Under the pieces are notes generated by a model, which did no database searches, was not told the DNA's origin, and saw only the letters and a list, made by a program, of their open reading frames with translations. A DNA stretch of 64,000 bases, taken from Marsupella aquatica. Lineage: Eukaryota; Plantae; Marchantiophyta. This document shows positions 1 to 12,396 of the stretch, piece after piece; positions within the stretch are counted from its first letter, which is position 1; every line of letters begins with the position of its first letter. A program made the position numbers and the translations under genes. The stretch spans positions 8,791,079 to 8,855,078 of the forward strand of contig OZ316898.1 of NCBI GenBank assembly GCA_973895155.1, in the 5' to 3' direction.

Positions 1-2
1 AG

Positions 3-893
3 GGAGTGAGCCAGCTGGATCTGGAAGCAGGTAAGGTCGTTTCCGAGTGGAAATTCCAGAAAGACGGTACACCGATAACCATGAAGGATCTGACGAATGA
101 CAGCAAAGGAGCACAGCTCGGCTTGAGCTCTACTTTCCTAGGGTTAGACGATAATCAGCTCTGCCGATGGGATATGCGGGTACAGCAGGGCATCGTGCAG
201 CAGCTTGCGAGCCCCACTGTGAACCTAGACTGGACAGAGGGACATCAGTTCTCCCGTGGAACGAATTTTAATTGCTTTGCTACCACAGGAGACGGAGCAG
301 TGGTTGTGGGTTCCAGAGATGGCAAAGTTCGCTTGTATGGGACGACCTCCATGCGCCAGGCTAAGACCGCGTTCCCGGGATTGGGCTCTCCTATCACCCA
401 TGTTGATGTCACTTACGATGGGAAGTGGATTCTGGCTACAACTGACACGTACATGATCCTCATCAGCACCCTCTTTAAAGACAAGGATGGGAAGACGAAG
501 ACTGGATTCACGGGCAGGATGGGAAGCCGCATCGCAGCACCCCGCCTGCTCAAGCTGAATCCAGTGGATGCACATGCTGCCGGCGAGCATAAGTTCAGCG
601 CTGGCCAGTTCTCGTGGGTAACAGAATCTGGGAAGCAAGAACGTCATTTAGTGGCATCTGTTGGCACTTTCTCAGTTGTTTGGGATTTTCAGAGGGTTAA
701 ACAAACAGACCACGAGTGCTACAGACACGAAAAGGGCCTCAAGAGCTGCTATTGTTACGAAATTGTACCGAAGGACGAGTCCATCGTTGAAAGCAGATTC
801 ATGAACGATACGTTCCACTCAATTTCTTCTCCTGAAGCACCACTAGTTGTAGCTACCCCCAAGAAGATCTCCTCTTATTATCTTGAGATGTAA
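3..893 (+). CDS. CYPRO4: 3' part of a VID27-related / CYPRO4 (DEM-like) beta-propeller protein; 5' end lies upstream of the window
   Basis: Open frame from the window start to TAA at 891-893. Motifs typical of plant Vid27/CYPRO4 proteins: [78 protein letters not shown]. Confidence 0.9.
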   Translation, partial: GVSQLDLEAGKVVSEWKFQKDGTPITMKDLTNDSKGAQLGLSSTFLGLDDNQLCRWDMRVQQGIVQQLASPTVNLDWTEGHQFSRGTNFNCFATTGDGAVVVGSRDGKVRLYGTTSMRQAKTAFPGLGSPITHVDVTYDGKWILATTDTYMILISTLFKDKDGKTKTGFTGRMGSRIAAPRLLKLNPVDAHAAGEHKFSAGQFSWVTESGKQERHLVASVGTFSVVWDFQRVKQTDHECYRHEKGLKSCYCYEIVPKDESIVESRFMNDTFHSISSPEAPLVVATPKKISSYYLEM

Positions 894-3800
894 TTTCTTC
901 GTGGGTATTTGTTTGTACCAATTAGGCACACATTGCAGGGTTGACAGATTCCTCGTGACCAACTCGGTAAGTGAAGGCCAGGGCTTTGTTGACCCCACAC
1001 CTGTGATGCTGCACATCGTCCCTCTGGTGTAGACGTCGCTCTGATGCTTCTAACCATGTTAACCGGAGACGAGGTGAAGGAAACTATGATGGGATGATGT
1101 GGACAGGATAATCATGGATGCGGAGAAATCCTCCATCCTAATCAGGGTGAATGGTGCCGGCTACCGAAAGTCTCTGTTGAGATGTAAAGTGTACGTTCTC
1201 TTGTGATTGAGTAGGTCTTAGTTGTGTAGGCCAGCAGATCAGCGTTTCTCAATTGATAAGTCTTGTTGTGAATCATGTAGTCAATAGGGGCCGATGCCTA
1301 CAGCGACATTCCTGCTGAGCTGTGTTTGTCAATGATAGATTGTGTTAGCCTGTTGAGAGCAGTGATGATTATCTGTCTCGTGGTAGACCAATGACAAACC
1401 TGACCAAGCTGGAAAAACAATGTAAAATACATGCTCGTAAAGAAAGTCTCGAAATGGTTCGGCGTGTTAAATTCGCAAAATCTGTCAAGAAGCACTGAAG
1501 TTTTTGACTCTTGGCTACCGAAGCTTGATGAAGGAGCAGCAGAATTCAAGCGACGGAGCCATGCTTGCTTGCGTGAGTGATTTCACTTTAGGGTATGGAC
1601 AACTTCCACGGTTCAAAGAAAATCTCGAAACTCAGCTTACGAAACAGTTGTGAGGGGAACTCGCAGCGTGCTGTACCACGCGTTTTCTCGGTCGTTAGAC
1701 ATTCCTGGTCTTGATGGTTTCCTTTTTCGCTTAGAACCCCGGGTGTCGCTGATTTCTCGTTCGTTAGACAGTCTTGGTCATTTCTTGCTCTTATCTTTAG
1801 AGTCGTCGTCTCGATGAGTTTCTTTAGAGACTCTTGGACTTTCTGTTTTCCCCCACGAAACCCGTCCCGGTTTCGACCTTGTTTCTTCCTTAGGTGATCC
1901 TGATCTTGTGGAGTCTCCTTTTCTAAGTACTCGTGAATTCCTTTTGTTTCTTGGCACACTCTTCCTGCAGAACGAAGCTGTGTCCAGAAGTGGTGGGAGA
2001 GCCGAGGCAAGGTTTCCCGGGGCCGGATCCGATTTAACCCTTAGGTCCACGGTGGGGTGCCCCAAACTTGAATAATTGAGCGTCCTTTAGAGAGCATCTT
2101 CGGAAATCTAGTATGAAACAAATATGGTGGGAACTCTCAACGTACTGGGTCTCCATGGTTTCTGGTCAGTGCAGACACACTTTCAGTCTCCCTGTTTTCT
2201 GCGTCCTGTCTCTCCTTCCCTTCTTTCTCTTCGAAGTTGACTCCTTCATTCAGATCAGTCTGAAGAGAAACAGAACCGGGTTGGATATTTCATGGCGTGT
2301 TTACATTATCCAGATCTACATGCAGCAGACGACTTTCTACAGCCGTTACCCTACTAAAACTGTTGCATAGGTCGTAAAGTTCGAGGTCGTAGAGCATTAG
2401 AGTTGGAGGTCGTATCTAATTTGCTACTTTCTGTAGTTACCAAAATCCAGAGTTCGCATTGAAGCACTAGATTAGGAGGTTGTGTCTATTTCTTCAGATG
2501 TAAGGAAAGTAAGTAGTCGAATATTTTGTAGAGGGCAGCTGGGCAGGGAGTTGGAGCGTCACTTTCTTGCTTGTTCTGCTACCTTACCTTCACCCTGAGG
2601 TGGCAGGCTAATGGGTTCAATTCCCAATGGAGGCTTGTTGCCAACGAACTGTATCTTTCCCAACTCGCTTGTAGATAGTTCACCGTCATGCAATTTTGTC
2701 AACGCTGAATCAGCTACGGTGTGGTGAGTATGATGTGGAACTTCGGAAAAGCTGTGATCTGGTTAATGGTGTTTGCAGTAACTTAGAAGAGGCCATGATA
2801 CTCACCTCTTTCCTTCCAAAAACTTGTAACGGACTTCACTGGAATTCAGTGGAAGCTTCTATGGATTCTTGCTTAGAAGGACAAGAAACACCAGGAATTA
2901 ATTTGGCTTCCAACAGACTACAAGTGATGGAGTGGAGTAAACTGAAGTGTAAAATATTTCAGATCATGAAGATGTTAATGATCGTTACTGGTGATTTGGC
3001 ATAATGGGCTGTAGCTGTTGGATTTTCGAAGGAGGGTTGATAGAGAGTAAACGAGGTGTGGACAAAACAATTGGTCAGGGTTCGAAGTGGAATCTGAAAT
3101 AGCTGCCCACTGTTCCAAGAGTTTTAAGATTTGTATCAAATTTGTGTGATGTTGGAGAGGATGTCCACAAATTCCATGCCTTAGCCAAACTGGAATACTC
3201 AAAATTAGCAAAGGATTTTTGCTGGTCATTTCCTAGAAAAAGTGAGATATATTCCATGATTTATCTATGAACTGCCTAGAACAAGCCCAAGGCATTAATG
3301 TAACAGGTTTATTGGCCTTCAGATTTTGACTAATTATTAGAATGAGATGACATTAGTTACTTAAGTGATTGAGGTGAATCTAGTAAGATCCTAGAGTGGA
3401 CAGTCCTATTTCTTGGTGAGAGTGATTGTTGTCTCTACAAGATAAATTCTTACTTATGACTTATTCAAATTATGTGTTCAATATTTTGCCTAACAGGTGA
3501 ATCATTTATATTAATTTAATTTTGAATTAATTTTTGGACCCCTTTTAATTTTAGAGTATTTTGAATATACTTGGCTCTTCTCATAGATGTTTAATTTTTC
3601 CTTTTAAATCATTCTTTAGTAAATTATTTTTTTCTCATGAGAGTGAGAAAAATAAATTTGAATAATGTATATATCTGGTGTATTAAGTTCTCCTCATGAT
3701 TTCTTTTACAAAATTTATGATTTTAATTAAATTAATTATTATTAACTAAAAGCAAGTGAAAATCTGCACTATATGTGCACAACTTTCTAATACCTTGTAC

Positions 3801-4466
3801 TTTCTTGGCCATGATGTGTTTTTTTTGGTATGTGTATTATGTCACTCACTTTTAATTAACAGATATTAATTTCTTAGTATATATTTTACATGTACATATT
3901 TTTTATCATAAAATGAATTACATATCACTACAAGGAAAAAAAGGCATGTTCCGGGATGAACATGCTATATTGTCTCAACAAGATAAATTCTTACCTATAA
4001 AGTGCAATCAAACCTATTGTTCAGAACTACAATCTAGAGTGAAATGTTGTCATAGCAAGATAAAATCTTACCTCTAAAGCACCATTCAAACCTATTGCTC
4101 AGGATTACTATGTAGACTAAAGCCTCTAGACTACTACTTTCAAGGATAACTAGTGCATCCAGAAAACAAGGATGGGAGCAAAGACATCCAGGATGATAAG
4201 GAAAATCCTTTTGCAAGATTCTTTCTGGTTTCATCTCTATTTATGTTCAAGGAACGGGGTTTAAAATCAGGCCAGTCTAAAAGAAAAATGAAGTGTGTCT
4301 TTAAAGAATATATTTGGAAAGTGTGGACAAACATCAATGTACCCATAGTCAACTTGTTGTATAGAAGTTAACTCATAAGCAAAATGTTTGGCAGACAGTA
4401 TTGATAAATAGAGAAAGCATTGTGACATGATTGCCATTCATGACTTTTCTCAAGCAACTGCAACTA

Positions 4467-4847
4467 CACTGTCCACCATAATTAGTGTGACTAACACTAA
4501 TTCGAGAGCCTATTTTCAGGGTCTACTTGCGAATTAGTGTTAGTCACACTAATTTTGTGCTAACATTATTTTCGTGCACATGAATTAGTGTTACTATGGT
4601 CTTAAAAGTGGCAAAATAGAGTTAAAAATAACTATTTTGAAAAATCCACAACAATTAGTGTTACTTTGGACTAAAAATCAGCCATTTTTTACAAGCAATT
4701 TATACTAAAGTGAACAAAATCTGTTTTGAAAACCAACAAAAATTAGTGTTACTTGGGCTCAAAATCATTTTTACCAAAATTAGTGTTAGTAACACTAATT
4801 ATGTACTAACACTAATTCTTGCATAACACTAATTACGGTGAACAGTG
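4467..4847. mobile_element. 381-bp non-autonomous TIR element (MITE) with TA target duplication
   Basis: Left end CACTGTCCACCATAATTAGTGT versus reverse complement of right end CACTGTTCACCGTAATTAGTGT (2 mismatches). TA on both sides (4465-66, 4848-49). About 12 internal AATTAGTGTTA/TAACACTAATT motifs. Confidence 0.85.
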
Positions 4848-7310
4848 TAGTAATGTCACATGGGCCATGACAAGGCAATAGGAGCACTATTAGGGATCTA
4901 TGCCACTAAGATGGGGTACAAACATTTGGCTATTTGCACTCTTTATATCACTATCTATGATCATAGGGGCTAGGGGTGCTCCTATTATCTGCCTCGCAAC
5001 TTGTGTTGCTCCCTATTCACTTTGATCAAATGGCAGACCAAAGTTTGCTACTGCTTGCAGGTCCATCATGGGGCTAAACATGATATTTCAATTGTTCATA
5101 GTAAAATCAAGATGTCTTCCCTTCAGAGTATCCAATAGATAGGAAAAAAAGACTAGGAAAAAAGGTCAACAGGCTAGCGTGGGTTGGGCTCCATGTGTGC
5201 ACATGTTACCACTTTTAGAAAGTTGCTCATACATTCTCCTTATTGATCCATAGATATTGATATACATAAGTTTGGGTTAATTTTCTTAGCCAACAAATGA
5301 AAATAGTGACATTTTGATCAATAAATAAAATTCAGTGGCAAAGGTGAAGCAGTTAAAGACTGCTACGTGGTCTCTTGTAATCCCTGTGGATTGTGATAGG
5401 AAGACTGACCACTTAATTTAGATCTAATCATAAGAGAATTTATACTCTATAAATTTCATTGGCTTTTTGCGTGCATTTTTGTTCTGGAAAGGTGATTGTG
5501 TGCACTTAAAGTCTATTGTGAATTTGGATGGATTGGTTTAAGGTTTCACATTTTGTATCTATATTTGAAGCCTCTTGTAGCTCTGCAGCCACAGAGCATG
5601 CAAAGTGCTCCTTGGAACATAAGCAACGCTCTTTGAATAATATGAATTTTGATAGCTGTGGAGTGACAGAATTACTTGAAGCATAATGCCAGAAAAGCTC
5701 ATTTTTTGTCTTTTTTCTTTTCTTTTTAAGGGGAAATCTGTGAAACCCCACAAAAAGGGAAAAGTCAGTCCCAATAGTTGAACCCAAGACCTATTAGTCA
5801 CTACTTAAGTGAGCTACCACAAAGTCATGCCTCTTTGGGCACCAGATAAGCTCCTTAAAAATTAGATGTAACTTATTTCAGTTTCATCTTTTTTGGGTAT
5901 AATTGAACTTTTGAACAATGGGATGAAGTAACTCTCACCTACTTATCAAACAATTACACAAAAAATGTATTTCCCCTACTAAAATTGTTTGTATTGTATG
6001 ATGAGAAGTGGAGTGACGTTATTTAGATTATTTCACACTAGGATCAGTATCTTTGTTTTTTCTCCCGGACATTCCTGTTCTCAAAAATTTCACGCGCCCT
6101 TACAATTGTCAAAAGAAAAATCCTCTCTGAACTTTTGGGAGGGAATTTCTTGGGTGGCCTCTTCCTCCCAGATTCCAACCCCAAAAATGACTCGCAAAAC
6201 AAACTCCAAAAGGCCAAGATATGGCCATTCAAGTTTTCCTGACGACTAGGCCTGCCCACCGTGTTGTGAACCTCCATCAGTGCGGCCACAACCTCCCCCA
6301 AGAAATTATAGCGTGGGCCACTGGCCATGGTTCTTCACCTGGCCGTCGTACAAAAATGTAGTATGGTACCAAAACTCAATTTATCACAAAAATGTTGTGG
6401 GCCCATATTTCACTTATCTCAATTCCGTTTGGGGCGTGCCACACCTTGTTCAATTCATTTTGGAGAGGTCTTTCCAACAAGCCTATAAACTATTGATTCT
6501 GAGATGGTTAAAAATTGACCTCTGTATGATGAAAGTCAGTATGGATGGCCTCAGCTGTTGGCTTGCCTACAATTGGCCATCTCTCCCTCCAAAATGGCCA
6601 CTTCATGAATTTTTCCTGAGGTGGCCACCCAACTCCTCAAGAGATGGCCTCCTCCTTTTTCCATGATGGCCACCTCCTTTCATCCTTTTGCAATGGCTTC
6701 CTTCTACTTCTATGATGGCCATCATCTTTTCGCATTGCACAACCCTTGAATGACCAACCTCATGCTTTGCGATGGCTTTCCCAAAAAAAGTCTACGGTCA
6801 ATGGAAGCTAGGAACTCTGGTGGTCATCTCCACAACACAATTACTAGGCCACCTAGTCTGTCGTTTTACGGGCAATGAAAGCTCTTGAGATTATGCCGTT
6901 TATTTCAGAATTGAGCTTGACAAATGGACCTTGGTTTTGCATGGGGCTCATTGAGGGTTTCAAAATGAATCCAAACATGGCCATGTTTGAAATAGTACTA
7001 GTGCAACCACATCTGTTTCAAGCTTAAACACTTTCAATTTTTCAGTCATTTTTCCCGTATTGTACCTTGTGTGGAGCCTTGGGCCACCCCCCACCCACCA
7101 GCATGCCCACGCCTTGGTCTCCAAGTCCTTCGGCCCCCTCAATGGCTCCATTGCCATTCTTGGACCAAATTTCACCACGGCCAGATACCCCTCTCAACTC
7201 TGGCCACCGGTTGTGGCATCAATCTATTAGGACTAACATTGTTTTTGGAAAAATCAAACACTTTTGCTATACCTACTTGTCTTTCTACTTATATGCACAA
7301 TTATGAGTCA

Positions 7311-7941
7311 CTAGTCTGATGCCCGTGTGTTGCACAAAATATTTTGAGGTGAGAGCAAGATGTCGAGGAGAGGCAAAGATGTTGAGGCGAGGGCAAGATG
7401 TCAAGGAGAGGGCAAAATTTCAAGGCGAGACAAAGATATTGAGGTGATGGCAAGATGTCAAGGAGAGACAAAGATAAGGAGGTGAGGTAAAGATGTTGAG
7501 GTGAAAAAAGATGTTGATGAGAGAAAGAGATGTTGAGGCACGAAAAGGAGGTCAAGGAGAGAAAAGATGTCAAGGTGAGAAAAATATGTAAAGATTAAGA
7601 AAATGAGAGAAGGGTGTCGAGGGTGACAGAAAGATGTCAAGGTGAGCAAAAGGTACAATGTCGAGTTGAGGAAAAGATGTCAAGCCAAGTGAGAAAAGGT
7701 GTCAAGGAGAGAAAAATGTCAAAGGTGAGAAAAAATGTCGTGGTGAGATTAAAATGTTAATGTGAGAAAAAATTGTGAAATGAGAGAAAGATGTCAACTG
7801 AAGGTAAAATAAAGTTGTTGTGGTGGTGTTTAATAACCGTGCATTGTATATAGAAATTGGAGATGCTAAATGACGTACAACCACTGCATATATTCAACAC
7901 ATGTTTGAGATTAAATTATATTTATATTTTAGTATATATGA
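7311..7941 (-). mobile_element. Non-autonomous Helitron-like element carrying a 19-bp minisatellite
   Basis: Minus strand ends ...GTGCAACACACGGGCATCAGA-CTAG|T, like plant Helitron 3' ends. Candidate 5' end A|TCATATATACTAAAA at 7941, giving an A/T insertion site. Internal array of ~19-bp units (GAGGTGAGAGCAAGATGTC-like) at ~7345-7800. Confidence 0.6.
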
Positions 7942-8320
7942 TTACCACATATATAATTACTATTGAAATGCAAAATAGGAATATTTATATTAGGAGGGAC
8001 TACATGTGGTCCCTAAAATACATAGTCACCAAGTTAACCCCTTGAGGTTGTAGAGTTAAAATTGGGTGAAAGTGGTGCTCATGTGTAGAATATGGTGTCA
8101 GCCTCTAGACCAACAACTCCTAACTAAGACGTTAACTTCCCATGATTGTCTTGCTTCCTTGGCTAGAGAGTAGTCACAAGATGGGTGATCTGCATCACTA
8201 CCTCCGCTTGACCCACCCATAGTTGTTCTAAGGCCACTAGCTACTCTTTCCCACCCAATATATATATGTTCAAAATAATATGTGACTGAGTTGTGGAGTA
8301 GACTCAATCCATTTTCCCCT

Positions 8321-9496
8321 ATCGTCTTCCCCCAAACACAACGCCCAGGTGCTATATTCAAATAGTAGGTCGGGGGGCGCTATATTTGAATATATAGTGC
8401 CCTAGGCATTATGTTCAAATTTTGTCACATGGTTTTGGATTTTCTCACTTGCGGCGCTGTGTTCAAAAATAGCACTGCACTTTCCAAAAATGGTTTTCTG
8501 TTTGAGTTTGACGTTATATTTGAGTTTAGGCGTTGTGTATAAGGTTAAAAGATTGATTTATGGTGTAAGCACGAACTTGCCGGGGGGTCACTATATGGAG
8601 GGTCATACATCACATGCAATGTTTTAGGGTTTGACCCCCTAGCTTATAAGTGATTTTTTTTGTTTGCAAAATCCTTTTTTCTTTAATTTTTGTCATTTTT
8701 TACTAAAAAACCCCTAAAAACTTTAAAGAAAATATTTTTTATAATTAAATAGGTCTATGTGTTCTTTAAAGTCGATCAGTCAATAAAACATGCCCTATGT
8801 GTTCTTCCACCAAACTTTGGAAGTCTTTCGTCACACTCATTTAAATGGGCCTATACTTTGTTGCACATAATGTGTCACTTCCGTGGAAGTGACCCCCCCC
8901 CCCCCCCGGAGAACATGAATAAAAGTCATGATATACCGAACTGATATTTTAAAGAAAGTGTTTGGGAATGTGTAGGTAATTCAAACACTAAAATTACACA
9001 AGAGAAGAGAGCCAAGAGGATCGTTGTCCTATTGTTGAAAGGAAAGCCTGTCACAAATTTGATGAACCAATTTGTAGGAGATAAGTTAGAATAGGAATTT
9101 AGAGATTCATTATCAATGTGATTTCTAACTTCGTGCATGTGCACATTCATGTAAGAAAGTTTCACAAGGAAATAAAGTTGCCAAGTGCCCGTTCAATCAA
9201 GTATGTGTGTCTGAGCTATTGCTCCAGAAATTGTTGCGACTATTGCTACATACACTGCAAAAACTATGGATAATTTTTTTTGTTCAGTTTTGCTTCAGCT
9301 TTGAATGTAGCGAGAGACACAAAATAGGATCTTTCTCAAACACATGGTGGAATTTTGAACACAACTATTCAAACACAGTGTCAACTATTCAAACACAGCG
9401 TGCGTTGTGTACTACGATGCTGTGTTTGAAGAAAACCATTTTTTTTCCTTTTAGGACCCTAAAAATCCCTGGGCGTTGTGTTCAGGGGAAGAGGGT
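8321..9496. mobile_element. ~1.2-kb non-autonomous TIR element
   Basis: ATCGTCTTCCCCCAAACACAACGCCCAGG (8321-8349) versus reverse complement of 9468-9496, ACCCTCTTCCCCTGAACACAACGCCCAGG (25/29). Subterminal GCGCTRTRTTYRAA-like repeats at both ends. TSD not clean. Confidence 0.7.
8582..8907. mobile_element. Small TIR element nested in the 8321-9496 element
   Basis: GGGGGGTCACTATATGGAGGGTCATACAT at left versus reverse complement of right end GGGGGGTCACTTCCACGGAAGTGACACAT. CCGG occurs at both junctions. Confidence 0.5.
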
Positions 9497-9826
9497 CCGT
9501 AGCTCTACCACAAGACAACAGCAAAACAACAACAGTTTGGTCTTGCAACAATTACCAAAATGATAGACAATTAGAGTAGCTATGTTTTTTATCACACTAG
9601 AGGTCAGCCTCAATCTACTAGAAGCTCAAACTCAAAGCTCAATGCAACAATAAATGGAGCCAATTTTGAACCCCAAATTGTGCAGGGGCAACAATCCAAC
9701 TATAAGGGAGCCTGTCAAGCTGCACGGAACTCCCTTCAAGCTCAATTATTGCACTCCACGGAGGTTGTGCTTGGGTGATGTTTTATACCCCCTTGCTTGC
9801 TATGAAAAAAAACACAAACTGGTGTG

Positions 9827-10171
9827 TGTTAGGATTTACTCTTAGATCTAGAGTTACGACTGTATCGTAGTTAATGCTAACCTTAGTTGCAGACTTGGTT
9901 AGGTTAGTCATGCTGTGCACACTCTATAACCAAGCGGTGTTTGCTTGGAGAGTGGGAACTCAGGCTCATTGTTATGGAGCTAGTTGAGAGATAGAGAGAG
10001 CTTGCGCTGTGGATGCTTGGTATGGCCGGTCGGCCCAGAGTGCAGTAAAGCTCATGTGTGTTCTCGTGGACGTAGCCTCATGTGGAGGTGAACCACGTAT
10101 CTCTCTGTATCGACTCTTGTGCGTTGGATGGTTCATGGGGTTGCCGTTGCGATTGTCGTCTATGCTCAACA
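9827..10171 (+). repeat. 5' LTR of outer copia element
   Basis: TG...CA termini, followed by AT and the tRNA-iMet PBS; matches 22898-23242. Confidence 0.95.
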
Positions 10172-10785
10172 ATTGGTATCAGAGCATGCCTGGGAGGTGA
10201 CGAGGTTTTTTCGTGATGGTTTTCTAGCGTTCATTGTCGGTGTTGCATTTGCAGTTTTCTCGCATGAAACTTGAATGTGTGTGGCTGAGCGGATAGATTA
10301 GTGAGAGGGCTTTCTATCGATGTATAGAACTCACTGGTTGGTATCCGTTGTGTGGAGGAATTGGAGTTTGCGTCATTCAGGATTTATTCGTGTTCGACGG
10401 TGTTTCGGGGGAGAGACCAGAGCTTGTGTTTTTCAATGGTGTGAGTTGTGCGGTGCGGGAGGCGTCGCATGTTATAGCTCAAGTTGGAGGTTATGGCGAG
10501 CTGATCGTTTCAATAGCTGAGTTGCTGTCGAGTGGTTACCGAGTGCGTCGTGACGTGTGAAGGAGGCGTTCAGATTTTTTCACAGGCTATGGAGCTTGTT
10601 CCCATCTGAACCGGGTTACTCGTCGTCACGTCCGACTCGGAGGAAGAAATGCAAAGTGCTAGGGCTCAATGGAGAGATCGCGGCGAAGTGGTTGTTATGA
10701 GTCTGGGATTGGCACTTGACACGGAGTGAAAGCGACGTGACAAATTTTCTTTTCTTTCTTTTTTGAGCTTGCAGACTGTGCCGGT

Positions 10786-11242
10786 TGTTGGGTATTTACT
10801 CTTACGTCTAGGTTAGGTATGACGTGGTTGGTACAACAACGTGGGTTGGTACAACTACGTGGTTAGGTACAACTACGTGATTAGGTATAACTATGTGGTC
10901 AGGTACAACTACGTGATTAGGTACAACTATGTGGTTAGGTACAACTACGTGATTAGGTACAACTATGTGGTTAGGTACAACTAAGTTGCACACTATATCA
11001 TAAGAGGCATGTGTGCTTGGAGAGGTAGAACCAAGGCTCATTGTTATGGAGCCACTTGAGAGATAGGAAGAGCTTACACTGTGGAGACTCGGTATAGCCG
11101 ACGGGCTTAGAGTTCAGTAAAGCTCTCTTGTGTGTTCCCGTGGACGTAGCCTCAAGGAGGTGAACCACGTATCTCTTGTGTCGACTATTGTGCGTTGGAT
11201 GGTTCATGGGCTTGCCGTTGCGATCGTCGTCTATGCTCAACA
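10786..11242 (+). repeat. 5' LTR of inner copia element
   Basis: TGTTGGG...CAACA; near-identical copy at 16896-17352. Confidence 0.97.
10811..10986 (+). repeat. 18-bp tandem array (GGTTAGGTACAACTACGT / GATTAGGTACAACTATGT) in U3 of the inner 5' LTR; second copy at 16921-17096
   Basis: About 10 units; the last 7 are exact 18-mers alternating as a 36-bp dimer. Lies just upstream of a TATA-like CTATATCATAA. Confidence 0.95.
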
Positions 11243-11244
11243 AT

Positions 11245-11256
11245 TGGTATCAGAGC
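11245..11256 (+). promoter_or_regulatory. Primer binding site (tRNA-iMet) of inner element
   Basis: TGGTATCAGAGC two bases after the 5' LTR; the canonical plant iMet PBS. Confidence 0.95.
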
Positions 11257-12396
11257 ATGCTTGGGAGGTGACGTGTGTTCGTGACGGGATTTCATGACGG
11301 TTTTTCCAGTGTTGAGTGTTGGTGGATTTTCCAGAGTTCCATCGCATGGAACTTGGAGTTTATGGGCTCAACGGATAGATCAGGGCAAGAGCTTTCTAAC
11401 GGTGTGAAGAAATCGTTGAACGGAGCTCGTGGTGCAGAGAGATCTAAGTTTTCGTCGTTCTGGATTTTGTGAAGAAAGTTGGCAATCGACTCGGAGGGAG
11501 AAGCGTCAAGTGTTTTGACTCAACGGAGAGATTGAGGCAAGACGATTGTTTTTGAGTCCGGGATTGGCTCTTTGATGCAAAGAGGAAGGCTAAGCAAAAT
11601 CAATTACCTTGTTGGACTTGGTGACGGCACCAAGTGCAATTGATCAACATTCGTTGTTGACAAGGTACCATTTTTTTCTCTTTGAAAAACTGATTCGAAA
11701 TTGGCTATGGCAATTGAGAGAAATCTGTCATCTTTACCAATTTTTTTCTCCCTCGTTCTTTCCTCGTTTTGGGTGCTTCTTATATCGATCTTCATCGCCT
11801 CGGAGTCTAGTTTCCAAATCTGAAATCGGATCTTGATTTCGTCAAAACCCGAGTGAGATATCTTGCGTTTGGTGTCGAGGGGTACATTCTGCCGTGTGTA
11901 TTTTCTGCGCGCGCGACCAGATTTCGACGACGAAGGGTGGTAGGGGGTTTTGGGGGTTCGAGGACACATGTCAGCCCCTCGATTGTTCTTCCAAAATTCC
12001 CACAGGGCCTGTACAAGGGTCATAGAATATTCCAAAAAACCAGAGAGCTATTTTTTGACCGTCCGACAAAGATTTCATCCGCCGAACGGTAACTTTTTTG
12101 GTTATTTTTCGGCGAGGTCGTAGCCATTGAAGTTGGCAATGCAGCGCACCAATCACATCGCAATTCCGACAACGGGTTGTACTTGGTATTTCGGTTATTC
12201 CCTGAGGTGGTCAAAACGGGGGAGTTTCCCAAGGTTTTACCCACCTCGACCGAAATTTGAATAACTTTTCCGTCAAATTTTGATTTTGATTTTGGTTTTC
12301 AGTATTGGACTCCTAGCTTTGTGGGCTACGCGGCGGTGTTGAGTTTCGAGTTTTTTGAGAAGTTGTGAAAAACAACATTTTTTGTGACTTTCTCAT

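Noticed and set aside
1588-2065. Minus-strand ORFs with a short internal duplication
   Set aside because: Low-complexity, probably TE-derived sequence; no domain or termini identified.
2696-3260. Possible degenerate LINE ORF2 remnant
   Set aside because: Only vague W-rich peptides; no RT or endonuclease motif recognisable.
3926-3944. CACTACAAGGAAAA, a CACTA-like terminus
   Set aside because: No matching opposite TIR or TSD found in the window.
10808-11041. ORFs with VVPNH repeats (also 16918-17151)
   Set aside because: Antisense translation of the 18-bp LTR array; no evidence of a protein.
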